This document shows, piece by piece, positions 38,332 through 50,400 of a DNA stretch of 64,000 nucleotides. The stretch's first letter is position 1. Every line of letters begins with the position of its first letter. Both the position numbers and the translations under genes were made by a program. The notes beneath the pieces are model-generated. The model did no database searches. It was not told the DNA's origin and worked only from the letters and a program-made list of their open reading frames with translations. The stretch comes from Felis catus (Eukaryota). The stretch is from the NCBI RefSeq assembly GCF_018350175.1, contig NC_058368.1:147624001-147688000 (forward strand), given 5' to 3'.

Positions 38332-38748
38332 TTGAGCATAGCCTTTTGTATTATAAAAAGTATTTTTCCTAATTTCAGCACGACTGATTTTTGTAGTCTG
38401 CCAGCTCTTTCACCACAACGTATTAAATGGTCAGATTACTCATTTTAAAATAAAATTCTCCATAACTGGCAAATGTAATTGAAATGAAATGACTTGTCAC
38501 AATATTTTTATTAAGATCTGTGCACTTTAGTTTTAGCATCACTATATAGGTTACTATATTCTCAGATAAATATATAGAAATTAGTGCTTACAAATATTTT
38601 TAATTGATGGAATGACTTACTTCATCTAAGTATTAATAGTTATAATGGCTAGAAATGCAAAGTATCACTTGATGCTGTGATGTTACTATATTAAAGAGCA
38701 TTCACATATATTAAATATATCTTTAAACTTTCCTGTGTGGCTTTTAAA

Positions 38749-38961
38749 TTTTTTTTTTCAACGTTTATTTATTTTGGGGACAGAGAGAGACAGAGCATGA
38801 ACGGGGGAGGGGCAGAGAGAGAGGGAGACACAGAATCGGAAACAGGCTCCAGGCTCCGAGCCATCAGCCCAGAGCCTGACGCGGGGCTTGAACTCAGGGA
38901 CCGCGAGATCGTGACCTGGCTGAAGTCGGACGCTTAACCGACTGCGCCACCCAGGCGCCCC
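38749..38961 (-). mobile_element. Young felid CanSINE
   Basis: Exact TSD cctgtgtggcttttaaa 38732-38748 / 38963-38979. Confidence 0.96.
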
Positions 38962-38993
38962 ACCTGTGTGGCTTTTAAAAATGTCTTCCATGT

Positions 38994-39096
38994 ATAGAAT
39001 TGTTGGATCACTATTTTACACCTGAAACTAACACTTTATGTTAATTATATTGGAAATTTTTTTAAATTTATTAATTTCAAACAAAAACAAAGGCCC
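38994..39096 (+). mobile_element. Extreme 3' tip (about 100 bp) of a carnivore L1
   Basis: atagaattgttggatcactattttacacctgaaactaa; flanked by gtcttccatgt 38983-38993 / 39097-39107. Confidence 0.8.
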
Positions 39097-42000
39097 GTCT
39101 TCCATGTTTTGTTCTTGGAAGGAGGGAAAGTCTTCCTTTTAGCTATTCAAATTTTATATTCCCCTGTTCTGCCTAGGATAAAACACATTCATTCTTGAAT
39201 TCTAATCAAAGCATATAAACTTGTCTGTTACTTCCAACCAGGCAGATGTTACTAGGCTCAATGTCTCTCAGTTGCTATTACTATCTGGCGATGATGTTTG
39301 GAAGAGACCTGATAGGGTTGATTTCAGAGTTAGTGGATCCTGTTGGGCACCCACGTTACTCTGAAGAATACTTTGTAATTTGTCTCCATGCACATCATGT
39401 TTATTTCCTTAAATGGTAATGAAAATGTGCACATGTACAGATATGAATATTAGGTGTGAAAATACATAAACATAAATGTAAAGAATATTAGAAAAGAAAA
39501 AGTTTCACTACTGTGAAACTCTGCAGTGGTTTAAGACATATAAGCAATAGTTTAAAGCCTTAAAACATCATTTGCAATTCATATTGAAGCCCATATCTCT
39601 GTCGCAGGCATTTTAAAAGGTTGTGTGCATCAGAGTAGAAAAAGAAATTGCCTTAATCTAAATATGGTCTTGCTACAACCGTCTGGGACAAAAATATGAA
39701 ATTGGATTCTCCTACATTCAGTGTGTTCTGCCTTTGACCATTATTTACAACCCTAGTGGCTGTTTCGAAAGTACATAGGGAATCCATGTTAAATAATCAA
39801 GAATCACAAAAATAATATGTTATGACAAGAAAAAGTCACAGTGAATAGTTTTAATGTCTAATGAGATTTGTCTTTAAACTCTTCAATAAGTTATTTAAAT
39901 CTAAGCTAATAAAAAAAATCACCTTTTGGCAAAGTTTTGGCCTCGATATACATGATAGAAGGTTCCCTTAAGAAGTAAATAATAAAACTCAGAGATTGGG
40001 AATGCATATTCTTCTAATTTAAAATTTAACTTTAATTCTTACAGTGAGTTGCAGTCAAATGTAATAAAAAATGGCAACTAATTGTAGAATAAAATGCATG
40101 TTAAATTTAATTGTCTGTAGTAATTCAGTTTTGTTAATTTATGATTGAATTAGATATCAATACTTGGGGAAATATTTTTTTCTGTGCAACAATTCTAAAG
40201 TGATCAATTCTCATAAATTCCTGATTGAAGGCCTATTTTGAATGTCAGAAAATACACAACCTAAGTATTTCAGAAAAATACTATTTTCTGTGGCATGGAC
40301 AATTATGCCTTAAGCAATACTACAATATCAATTTATCAATATAATTGACATAAATTCCTTTAAAAACTGACAGATATTTATCTATTTACTCAGCATCAAA
40401 TCTAAAGGGCGCTGGCATTTTATACAGTACATTATGTATTATCTACCTATTTTCAGATTTATTGAGATTATGCTATTTAACTTGTCAAATTTACTTTATT
40501 TACATAGTTTAAAATATTATGATATACTTTAGTAGTTTTTGGTCCTCAATAAAAGGTCTGTTTCATTTATTTTCTGAGATTTTCACAGTATGTCACAAGG
40601 ACTAGAATATTTAGATAATGATGGTGATAATCCATGGTATTCTATAGACCTTACAGCCTGAGTACTTTGTAACTTCTAAATCTTCTAGAGCTGAGTATGA
40701 TCCCTGCAGTTCCCAAGCAGGGAGAAAATGTAATGGACATAATCAGGCTATCTGCTGTAAGAGCATTCTAGTGCTTAATAGCCCTTTATAAACAGGTTTT
40801 GTCAGTAAAGAGAAAATGCAGCAACAGACTCTCTTGATTCACTGATAAAAACGGAACAATGTACAGATTATATTGGTTTCTGAATTTTTGATATGGACAT
40901 CCCTCAAGCATATGAGGCAAATACTATTCCCTTGTCATTTTTTCTTCCCAAATAGGTTTGTATTATACTGAAGGTGTCATTTATTTTGCCAACAAGCTAT
41001 TGTTTCTGTTATTTGGGGCACAAGTGAACAAAGTATGCACAAAGGATCTTAGGGAGGTATATCCTGCAAATTTGATAAGGAACAACTATGTATCGCTCTT
41101 TCCCATCCTTTTTATGTTTTGCATTTTGGCAATTGCCCTGTTCTAACAGATGCCTGCCTCGTTACTTTTGTGGCTCTCCTTCCCATCTCCTAATGGGACA
41201 TTAGCATAACTTCACGGATGCTGGGTCAGCGATGATTTTTCTGCTGCTTGTGGGACAATTCTTGATATGGAGGATAATCTCATGATTATAGCTAATTACA
41301 GTTGATTAGTGTGTGATCTTTCCTTAGAATGTGATTGCCTTTGTGATAGTAATTCAGGAATCATAGGAAAGACATGTGACTACCTAAAATGCATCCTTCT
41401 ATCCTGGTTAAGTTTTGGAATCCTTGAACAAGGCAACTCCTTTCATCATATAATTTTAAAAAGTTTGCAAATTGAAATACCTCTGATAACATATTCTTCC
41501 TAATTGTATACTAATGTAAGGATGTAAAATCATAGAAAGGCAAGGAGAGCCAAGTGGCATTGATTTTTGTAATATTAAAGGAGAGGGGGTGAAGAAGGAA
41601 TAAAAAATGTAATTGACATCAATTTACATCTTCAAAATTTTAAAAATACAATACGCATAGATTAATTATTTTTACTCTGCATTGTTGTGAGTGTAGGCCA
41701 ACTGGTTGATTTTCTGCAACTATTAAATAACTTCCCTGTTTAATGATGAATCCCCTTTAGGCTTCTTTTCCTTTGGTCAGACCTTCAGTGTAACTTAACA
41801 GCCAGTTGAAAACATTGGTTTGAAATCATTCTGTGTTCTGCAGGTAGTAAACCACACTCACTGACTTGTATAGTGTAAAGACTGAAAAGTATCAAAATTA
41901 CATTTTGATTTAATGACCAATGGCTGATCAAAGGCAATCAAGGAGAGAAATCTTTGAATAATGAAAGACTATTTTTAAAAGGGTAGAAGACCTATCTTCC

Positions 42001-43713
42001 CAATATTTGTAATACAGCATTATAATAATGGGCTTTTTTCCTCTTATTTTTATCCTCTTATTTTTTCCTCTTATTTTTACTTCTTTTCATCCTTCCTCCT
42101 TCCATCTCCTTTTCTATCAGTCTTTTTCCTCTTCTGATTTTTCTTCAAAAAATAATATCACACTCTGCCTTAATTTCCTTTCTCTGAAGCTATAGGGAAG
42201 CATCAAATGTCAACTCAAAACACCTGAAAACTTGTTTCCATTGTGGTTTGCTGAGGTTTGTTTTTCTTCCTGACAGTAACATGCCAAGAGTGGGTATTGA
42301 AATAATCCAGGCAGCAGGCATTGATCTGAAATTTTGATGGTTAATTACTGGATCAGGTATCCACAGGAAGTGTGTAATTATTATGATTTGTGAAAAGTAA
42401 GTCCCTTGTAGGCTCCTTACCTATTATTTAAACTATAGCACGTGGCTGTAATGAGTGCAATGTGTAGCCAACTACATTTCTAAGGATGATAAATGGGAAT
42501 CAGATGCAATTATTCCTGATGCTTGACAGAGTTGTGCTGAGAGCATGTGTTTAGACAGTGATGCTCTGTTGAGTGCTTTTTGTTTGGGGCACTAGAGCTA
42601 ACATTACCGAAAGATTTTAGGCTTATTTTGTATTTAAGCTGCAGACAACAGTAAGGGCTATTATCATTAAGGCAATTTGCAAGTATACTCCTCTCCTGGG
42701 TTCAAGCTGGTATTATTTAGGCCACATATAGTTAAGTGTACAACTCTCAGGTTTCCTTGTTACATGGGTTCTTTGGAAATTTTAGATGTTTACACTGGAG
42801 GAATAGCATGGTATTCATTTGTTATATAGTGAATTTATGTCTGTAAATATAGGGGAGAAAAACATCTGAAACTTTCCTTTTCCTTTCTTCAACCAGTTTT
42901 CTACTTCATGCTCATAAATAACAGAATACATCATCCACCCCACGATATTATAATAGTACATGTTCATATCTTAGAACATATTTCCTCTCTAAAACAACTG
43001 CCTACCAAGAACATAGGGAGAAATTTATTTTCATCTGAAATTTAGGAACCTCATGGTCAGTTCCAAAATGTAAATAAAATCTGTTTGGAGGATGGAAATT
43101 GCTGCTTTCCTTCTACCTCACCTCATCACAAGTAAATGGTCTTAGAATTGGGAAATATCTTATTTCACTATTTGTCTACTACAACAAAATTTGTCTTTTA
43201 GAATATGAAATGTGTTATGCCCAATACATTTGCAAATTAAGTAAGATAAAGAAAACAAATGAGACCCTGGATCAAGGAAAGCTTTACAAAAATAGTCTCA
43301 ATTTTAATAAAAACACAATTTCTTATTTGACTTTTCTTTTTAACGTCTTCCAGCAACCGTACCAGTTGGGTCACTGGTGATAAAGCTATGTGTAAAATAA
43401 CCTAGAAATACATGAATCATGATTTAGAATCTTCACAAAATAAAAATTTCAAAGTAAGTAAAATTGGGCTTTGGACTGTAGAGAAGAAAGATTAATTCCC
43501 AGAAGGGAAAAGTAAGAGAGAGAAGAAAGGACAGGCCTGGTTTGACCAAAAGTATCAAAGGTGAGAAATGGAAGATACAAGAGAGACCTGAGGAGATGTC
43601 TCCTATGACCCTATTCTAAATAGGCTACAGCCGTCTCACTGTACACACAAAAGGCAGTATGTCAGGAATTTCCCATCTGCTTTTGCTTATTGTCTTTTTT
43701 GTTTTACTTTGTT

Positions 43714-43928
43714 GTTTTTTTTTAACTTTTTTTTTCGTGTTTATTATTTGGGAGAGAGAGAGACAGCAAGCAGAGGAGGGGCAGAGAGAGGGAAACACAG
43801 AATCAGAATCAAGCTCCAGCCTCTGAGCTGCCAGCACAGAGCCCAACGCGGGGCTCAAACCCACAGACTGCAAGATCATGACCTGAGCTGAATTCGGTTG
43901 CTTAACCGACTAGCAACCCAGGCACCAC
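43714..43928 (-). mobile_element. CanSINE
   Basis: TSD gttttactttgtt 43701-43713 / 43931-43943. Confidence 0.93.
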
Positions 43929-44129
43929 AAGTTTTACTTTGTTTTTTAAATGCAAAATCAGACAGTTATCTAGGGAGGCGGTGTGGAGAAAGAGGACTAC
44001 ATTCACTTGAGTTGAAACTTATTAGGAAGAGCCTTGAAATACATCCAGTCTAATCAACTATGCACTGTTAGTAATTTTTAGCATTTTCTTTATTTTCTTA
44101 TAGTCTCCTTTATTTCATTTCCTCCCATC

Positions 44130-44290
44130 ATTATATATGTGGTTACATGTAGTTATTACATATGTAGTAGACATGACTATATGTTATGGTCATAAATATG
44201 TATTTAACAAGTTATATATTATATATGTAATAGGCATGTGGCGATATATGGTTATATACAAATAATACATATGTATTCTATGTATTAGGA
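44130..44290. repeat. Degenerate TA/TATG-rich low-complexity tract
   Basis: Repeated atatatgt/acatatgt units. Confidence 0.6.
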
Positions 44291-45689
44291 TTAATATGAC
44301 TTCAAATTCTCAGTTCCTCAGAGTATTTCACCCTTTCATTTTAGAATTTCAACATCAGTACTATTATATTTTATGTAAAATGTTAAGATATTGTGGATAT
44401 TTAACAGAGAATGCTTTAACATATAAAAGTACATTAGTATATTGAATTCCAGGTCAAATTTGTGTCCTGTAATATGATTTTCTAAGTGTGTATACATTCT
44501 ATTTATATTAAAGGTCTTAAAAATATTACATAGGTTTTAGAAGATAAAAGACTAAAAGATTTTAAAATTTTGAACCTAATTGTGTGCATGCATATGAGTG
44601 TGTATTAAGAGAGAGAAGGATGAAATATAGAAAAAATAAAGGAGAAAATGCAAATGGGAGAAAAGAGAGATAACCCAGCTTATAAGTCCTATAATTGGAA
44701 GAAGAGAAACAATAATTTCTTTAACTGAAAAATAGTTTCAGTTCAAAGTATGCAAAAGTTGGTGTGCTTATAGTCTCTAGCAAGGATCAATTTTTTACTT
44801 GCATGAATAATGTGAATGATCTGCTTGAGGGACAGGTTGACTAATACAAAAAATGTTCTGAAAATTTAATTTTAGAAAATTCAGTAAGCTCTCTGAAGTT
44901 GTTAATGGAGCATGACAATATAAGGCTGAGAATCTGAATACAAGTACCAGTGCTCCTCATGTAATTTCCAACTCATTGATTCCTAGGAAAGAGAAGGAAG
45001 TGTAGGAATTTCCCGAGTATTTTATAATGGGCAATTTTAATTAAAATCCAACAATCTCTTTTGGCAAAGTTCAATACATTTAAAGTGTAAATCAATAGCA
45101 TATGTCCAGAAATGCTTCAAGTTATAAATACTGAGTTTCTATAACTAAACAATTTCTGTGGATATAAACTTTTACATCATTCAAAATGTCTATTTTTTTT
45201 TCTTCTACTGGAGTTAAAACATCTGTGCAAATATATTAGGGCAATTAGCAAAATTGATATTGGTTTAGCTATTTTTAAACTCACAAAACAAGTACGTATT
45301 ACTTAAAACTCGACTTACAGTTTACACCTAGAGCCTGCCTAGCTACCTTGAACCATTCTTCTTAATACAAAGATAGAGATATTTGATCTTGTCCAATGAA
45401 AAGCATAAAAATACATCAAATACTGTATTATACATTAAATGTTCAGATTTAGCATTTTAATAGTTTTTGATGTTATCTAAAGGCCACAGGATTTACTGAG
45501 TTTTAGGCCAAGACATTTTAATAGGATTTAAGATGAGAAATCTATGCTATTCGAACACACAGTTTGACAGTAAAAACTGTAATAGAATCCACACATCTGA
45601 CTTTATTTTATGTCAAATACACTGAAACTGATTAATCTCTCCCACAGTCATGGACTGAAAAGCTGGAGGATAGATGCTATCCATCTCCT

Positions 45690-45895
45690 TTCTCCACTTA
45701 CCAAGGTCATAGTCGTTCTGTAAGACTCATCCTACAAACCACATTTTCTGGAAGCTTTACTGTCTCAGGATTATTAACCCATTTTCTGTGCTCACATAGC
45801 ATTCTGTCCCCCTCTAGTGTAACACTTGCACAATATTATCATTTTTTATTTCATTATGTGTCTCCTCACTAGACAGTTAACCTCCTACACAGGAG
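45690..45895 (+). mobile_element. LINE-2 3' remnant
   Basis: cacattttctggaagcttt...tgtgtctcctcactagacagttaacctcct. Confidence 0.5.
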
Positions 45896-48152
45896 GAGTA
45901 TCGGGCAGTCAAATTTGTAAGTACAGAAAAGGATGATCAAATGGAGCACATAGATCATGAACAGATATTAGGAGAGTCACTCGTTCTGTCCTCTGAGGAA
46001 TGTCACCTCAGAATTGAGAATCACAGAAAACAGTCTCTGATCTTGTTATAGCACCAGGGTCAAGGATTATGATGTTTGGCTTAAAAACCCAAAGTATGCT
46101 CTCCTCAATCACCACCAACCTTAAATCCATACGGTCTGGTCCTGATTCGCTATTGTCTTGAAGTAGTGTTCTGAGGTACATTATCAGCCTTCCCTCATCG
46201 AGGACTGTTAACAAGATCCATGATTAACAGGGCTGTGAAGGTTTGGACTCTTGGAGAATACCTGTCTAGATAAACAGTAGTACTAGTTGCTCTTTCTTTT
46301 CCCTTTTCTGGGAGATCGATTCAGTCATTGCTGGGAAAGAAAGTATCAGAAAGAGCCTAGTGTATGCATTACATACTGAATTAGAAAGAGGAGATTGACT
46401 TTATTTTTGTTGATTGTTTCCTTTGCTGTGCAGAAACTTTTGATCTTGATAAGGTCGAGTAGTTCATTTTTGCTTTTATTTCCCTTGCCTTCGGAGACGT
46501 GTCAAGCAAGAAGTTGCTGCGGCTGAGGTCAAAGAGGTTGTTCCCTGTTTTCTCTTCTAGGTTTTTGATGGTTTCCTGCCTCACATTTAGATCTTTCATC
46601 AATTTTGAATTTATTTTTGTGTATGGGGTAAGTAAAGCGGTCCGGGTTCGTTTATCTGCACGTTGCTGTCCTGTCTTCCCAGCGCCATTTGCTGAAGAGA
46701 CCGTCATTTTTCCATTGGATATTCTTTCCTGCTTTGTCGAAGATTAGTTGCCCATACATTTATTTGTGCATGCATTTCAGGGATCTCTATTCTGTTCCAA
46801 TGATTTATGTGTTTCTTTTTGAGCCAGTACCATACTATCTTGATGATTACAGCTTTGTAATACAGCTTCAAGTCTGGAATTATGATATCTCTAGCTTTAG
46901 TGTTCCGTTTCAGGACTTCTTTGTCTATTTGGAGTCTTCTCTGGTTCCATTCATATTTTAGGACTGTTTGCTCTAGCTCTGTGAAGAATACTGGTGTTAT
47001 TTTTATAGGGATTGCAGTTGATGTGTAGATTGCTTTAGATTGTATGGACATTGTAACAATTTTGTTGTTCTAATCCATGAGCATGGAATGTTTTTCCATT
47101 TCATTGTGTCTTCTTCAATTTCTTTCATAAGCTTTCTATAGTTTTCAATGAATAGATCGTTTACCTCATTGGTTAGGTGTAAATGGAATTGATTCCTTGA
47201 TTTTTATTTTGGCTGCTTCATTGTTGGTTTATAGAAATACAATAGGTTTTTGTATGATAACTTTGTATCCTGTGACTTTCCTGAATTCACAGGTGAGTTC
47301 TAACAGTCTTTTTTTTTGGTGGAATCTTTCAGTTTTCCATGTACGATAACATGTCATCTGTGAAGAGTGAAAGTTCGACTTCTTCTTTGCCGAACTATAT
47401 GCCTTTCATTTCTTTTGTTGTCTGACTGCTGAGGCAAGGACTTCCAGTACTATGTTGAACAACGGTGGTAACAGTAGACATTCCTGTAGTATTCCTGATC
47501 TTAAGGCAAGAGCTCTCAATTTTTACCCATTGAGGATGATATTAGCTGTGGGCTTGTCATATGGCTTTTATGATGTTGATGTATATTCCTTATATTCCTA
47601 CTTTTATCAAGAAGGAATGCTGTGTTTTGTCAAATGTTTTTTCTACATCTATTGAAATGTTCATATGGTACCAAAAGAATGAGAGAAGATACTTCCAAAT
47701 GACATTTTGGATAAAGGGTTAATATTCGAAACCTATAAAGAACTTATCAAAATCAAAATCCAAAAAGCAAAGAATCCAGTGAAAAAATGGGCAACAAACA
47801 TGAACAGACACTTTTCCAAAGAAGACATCCAGATGGCTAGCAGACACATGAAAAAAAGTTTAATATCACTCATCATCAGGGAACTACAAATTAAAACCAC
47901 AATGAGATACCACCTCATGCCTGTCAGAATGGCTAAAATGAACAACTCAGGAAACATCAGATGTTGGTGAGGATGCTGAGAAAGGGGAATGTTTTTGCAC
48001 TGCTCATGGGATTGCAAACTGGTACAGCCACTCTGGAAAACAGCCCGGAGTTTCCTCAAGGAGTTAAAAATAAAACTACCCTACAGCCCAGCAGTTATAC
48101 CACTAGGTATTTATCCAAAAAATACAAAAATGCTGATTCGAAGGGGCACATG

Positions 48153-48402
48153 CACCATACGTTTATAGCAGGGCTATCAACAATAGTCAAAATGTGGAAA
48201 GAGCCCATTTATCTATCCACTGATGAATGGATAAATTTGTGAGATATATATATACATATATGTATATACATATACATATATATATATGTATACATATGTA
48301 TATATATGTATACATATGTATATATATGTATACATATATATGTATATGTATATATATATGTATACATATATATACATATACATATGTATATATATGTATG
48401 TA

Positions 48403-48437
<35 letters not shown>

Positions 48438-48526
48438 CACAAATTTATCCATTCATCAGTGGATGGATACTTGGGCTCTTTCCACATTTTGACTATTGTT
48501 GATAGCCCTGCTATAAACATATGGTG
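48153..48526. repeat. Inverted repeat: 92-bp arms (48153-48244 and 48435-48526) around a 190-bp TA-rich spacer
   Basis: Arm 2 is the reverse complement of arm 1 with about 4 substitutions. Confidence 0.95.
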
Positions 48527-48668
48527 TATATATATGTATGTATATATATATGTATATATATATGTATATATATATGTATACATATATATACATATATATA
48601 TACATATATATATACACATACACACACACACAGACACACACACGTGCAAGGACACACACATACACACA
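48527..48668. repeat. Second TA/TATG/CA microsatellite block
   Basis: (TATATATATG)n grading into (CA)n before L1 resumes at aatggaatactac. Confidence 0.95.
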
Positions 48669-49112
48669 AAATGGAATACTACTTGGTGATCTAAAAGAAT
48701 AAAATTTTGCCATTTGCCATAATGTGGATGGAACTAGGGTGTATTACATAAAGCAAAATAAGTCAGAGAAAGACAAGTATCATATTACTTCACTCATATG
48801 TGGAATTTAAGAAACAAAACAGATGAACACAGGGGGAGGGGAGGAAAAATAAAATAAGAATAGAGGGAGGCAAACCATAAGAGACTCTTAAATACAGAGA
48901 ACTAACAGAGTTGCTGGAGTGGACGTAGGTGGGAGAGATGGGCTAAAGGGTGATGGGCATTAAGGAGGGCACTTATTGGGATGAGAACTGTGTATTACAT
49001 GGAAGTGATGAATCATGGTTTTCTACTTGTGAAACCAATACTAGACTGTATATTAACTAACTTGAATATAAGTAAATAAATACAAAAAAATAAAATAAAC
49101 ATGAGAAATACC

Positions 49113-49217
49113 AGGAGTGCCTGGCTGGCTCAGTCAAAAGAGCATGTGACTCCTGGTCTCGGCGTCTTGGGTTCGAGTCCCACGTTGGGTGTAGAGATAA
49201 ACAAACTTTAAAAAAAA
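49113..49217 (+). mobile_element. Short old tRNA-derived CanSINE
   Basis: ggagtgcctggctggctcagtc...gggttcgagtcccacgttgggtg plus A tail. Confidence 0.8.
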
Positions 49218-49228
49218 TAAGGAAGACT

Positions 49229-49462
49229 GGGGCGCCTGGGTGGCGCAGTCGGTTAAGCATCCGACTTCAGCCAGGTCACGATCTCGCGGTCCGGGAGTTC
49301 GAGCCCCGCGTCAGGCTCTGGGCTGATGGCTCAGAGCCTGGAGCCTGTTTCCGATTCTGTGTCTCCCTCTCTCTCTGCCCCTCCCCCGTTCATGCTCTGT
49401 CTCTCTCTGTCCCAAAAATAAATAAACGTTGAAAAAAAATTAAAAAAAAATAAAATTAAATT
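49229..49462 (+). mobile_element. Young felid CanSINE inserted at the tail of the short SINE
   Basis: Exact TSD aaaaaaataaggaagac 49211-49227 / 49463-49479. Confidence 0.96.
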
Positions 49463-49479
49463 AAAAAAATAAGGAAGAC

Positions 49480-49935
49480 CAAAGATAGGAAACCATCTAA
49501 ATATCTATCAACATGTAATAGATAAATAAAACGTGGTCTCTCTATGCAATAGATTATTATTCAGTAATGAAAAAGGACAGACTATTGATACACACAACAC
49601 GATGAACGTTGAAAACATTTTCTAAGTGAAAGAAACCAGCGACAAAGGACCATATACTGTATGATTCTATTGATAGGAAATGTCCACAAAAGGCCAATCT
49701 ATAGAAACAGGAAGTAGATTAGTGATTGCTAGGGGACAAGAGCAGGAACAGAGAGTTAACCCTCTGGGCAAAAGGGATCCTTATGTCATCCATAAGGAAA
49801 TGGAAATGTTCTAAAATTTAATTGTGCTGAAGGCTGCACAATTCTGTAAATTTCCTGAACTTATTGTACACCTAAAATGAGTTAATTCTGTGGTATGTAA
49901 ATTATATCTCAATAAATCTGCTTTAAAAAAAAAAA
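49480..49935 (+). mobile_element. Old L1 3' end (L1MB/ME-like)
   Basis: aaaggaccatatactgtatgattc...gtagattagtgattgctaggg...ggtatgtaaattatatctcaataaa plus poly(A). Confidence 0.85.
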
Positions 49936-50094
49936 GAAAAAGATGAGAAATTTGACCTCTAGAAATGATCACTTACCCACGAACACTCACTCCCCAGTCA
50001 GTCTTATGCAGAACAATGTATTTTCTACCAAATAATGAAATGTAAACTTGTAAACTGGCATAAAGAGACTAATCTGGGATTTGTTTCTCATTTT

Positions 50095-50400
50095 TAGGTT
50101 ATAGATTGCTGTGTAACAAACCAATTTACTACTTACTTAGAGCGACTATGGTTTAGTGTTTCTCACAATTTTATGGGTTGCTTGGGCAGTTTGTCTTTTA
50201 GTTTCTCCTGGGTTCATGCACATGAACATGTCTGGCAGTTAACACTGCTGGCTGGCTGGCCACACCTGTCTACTACATGTGGCCTGTCAGCTTCCTGTAG
50301 GACTGACTGTCTTCCTTACCTTCCTAGCCTCTTAAAGCCTAGGTTTTAAAATTCACAATGTTACTTCTACCACTCCGTGAGAAGCTATTTAAGCAGCCAT
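50095..50400 (-). mobile_element. MaLR LTR remnant (MLT1-type)
   Basis: attgctgtgtaacaaacc...tttctcacaattttatgggttg...aaattcacaatgttacttctaccac. Confidence 0.65.

Larger units (their letters stand above)
46398..49098 (+). mobile_element. Carnivore/feliform L1 with 5' inversion (about 46398-47669 antisense; 47670-49098 sense)
   Basis: Antisense ORF2 ([23 protein letters not shown]) abuts sense ORF2 ([15 protein letters not shown]...[12 protein letters not shown]); 3' UTR and A-rich tail. Confidence 0.93.

Noticed and set aside
48213..48713. Cluster of Y/I/M/C-rich ORFs
   Set aside because: These are translations of TA/TG microsatellite, which lacks stops in these frames.
49113..49195. tRNA gene
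   Set aside because: It is a degenerate tRNA-derived SINE head with an A tail and no convincing cloverleaf.
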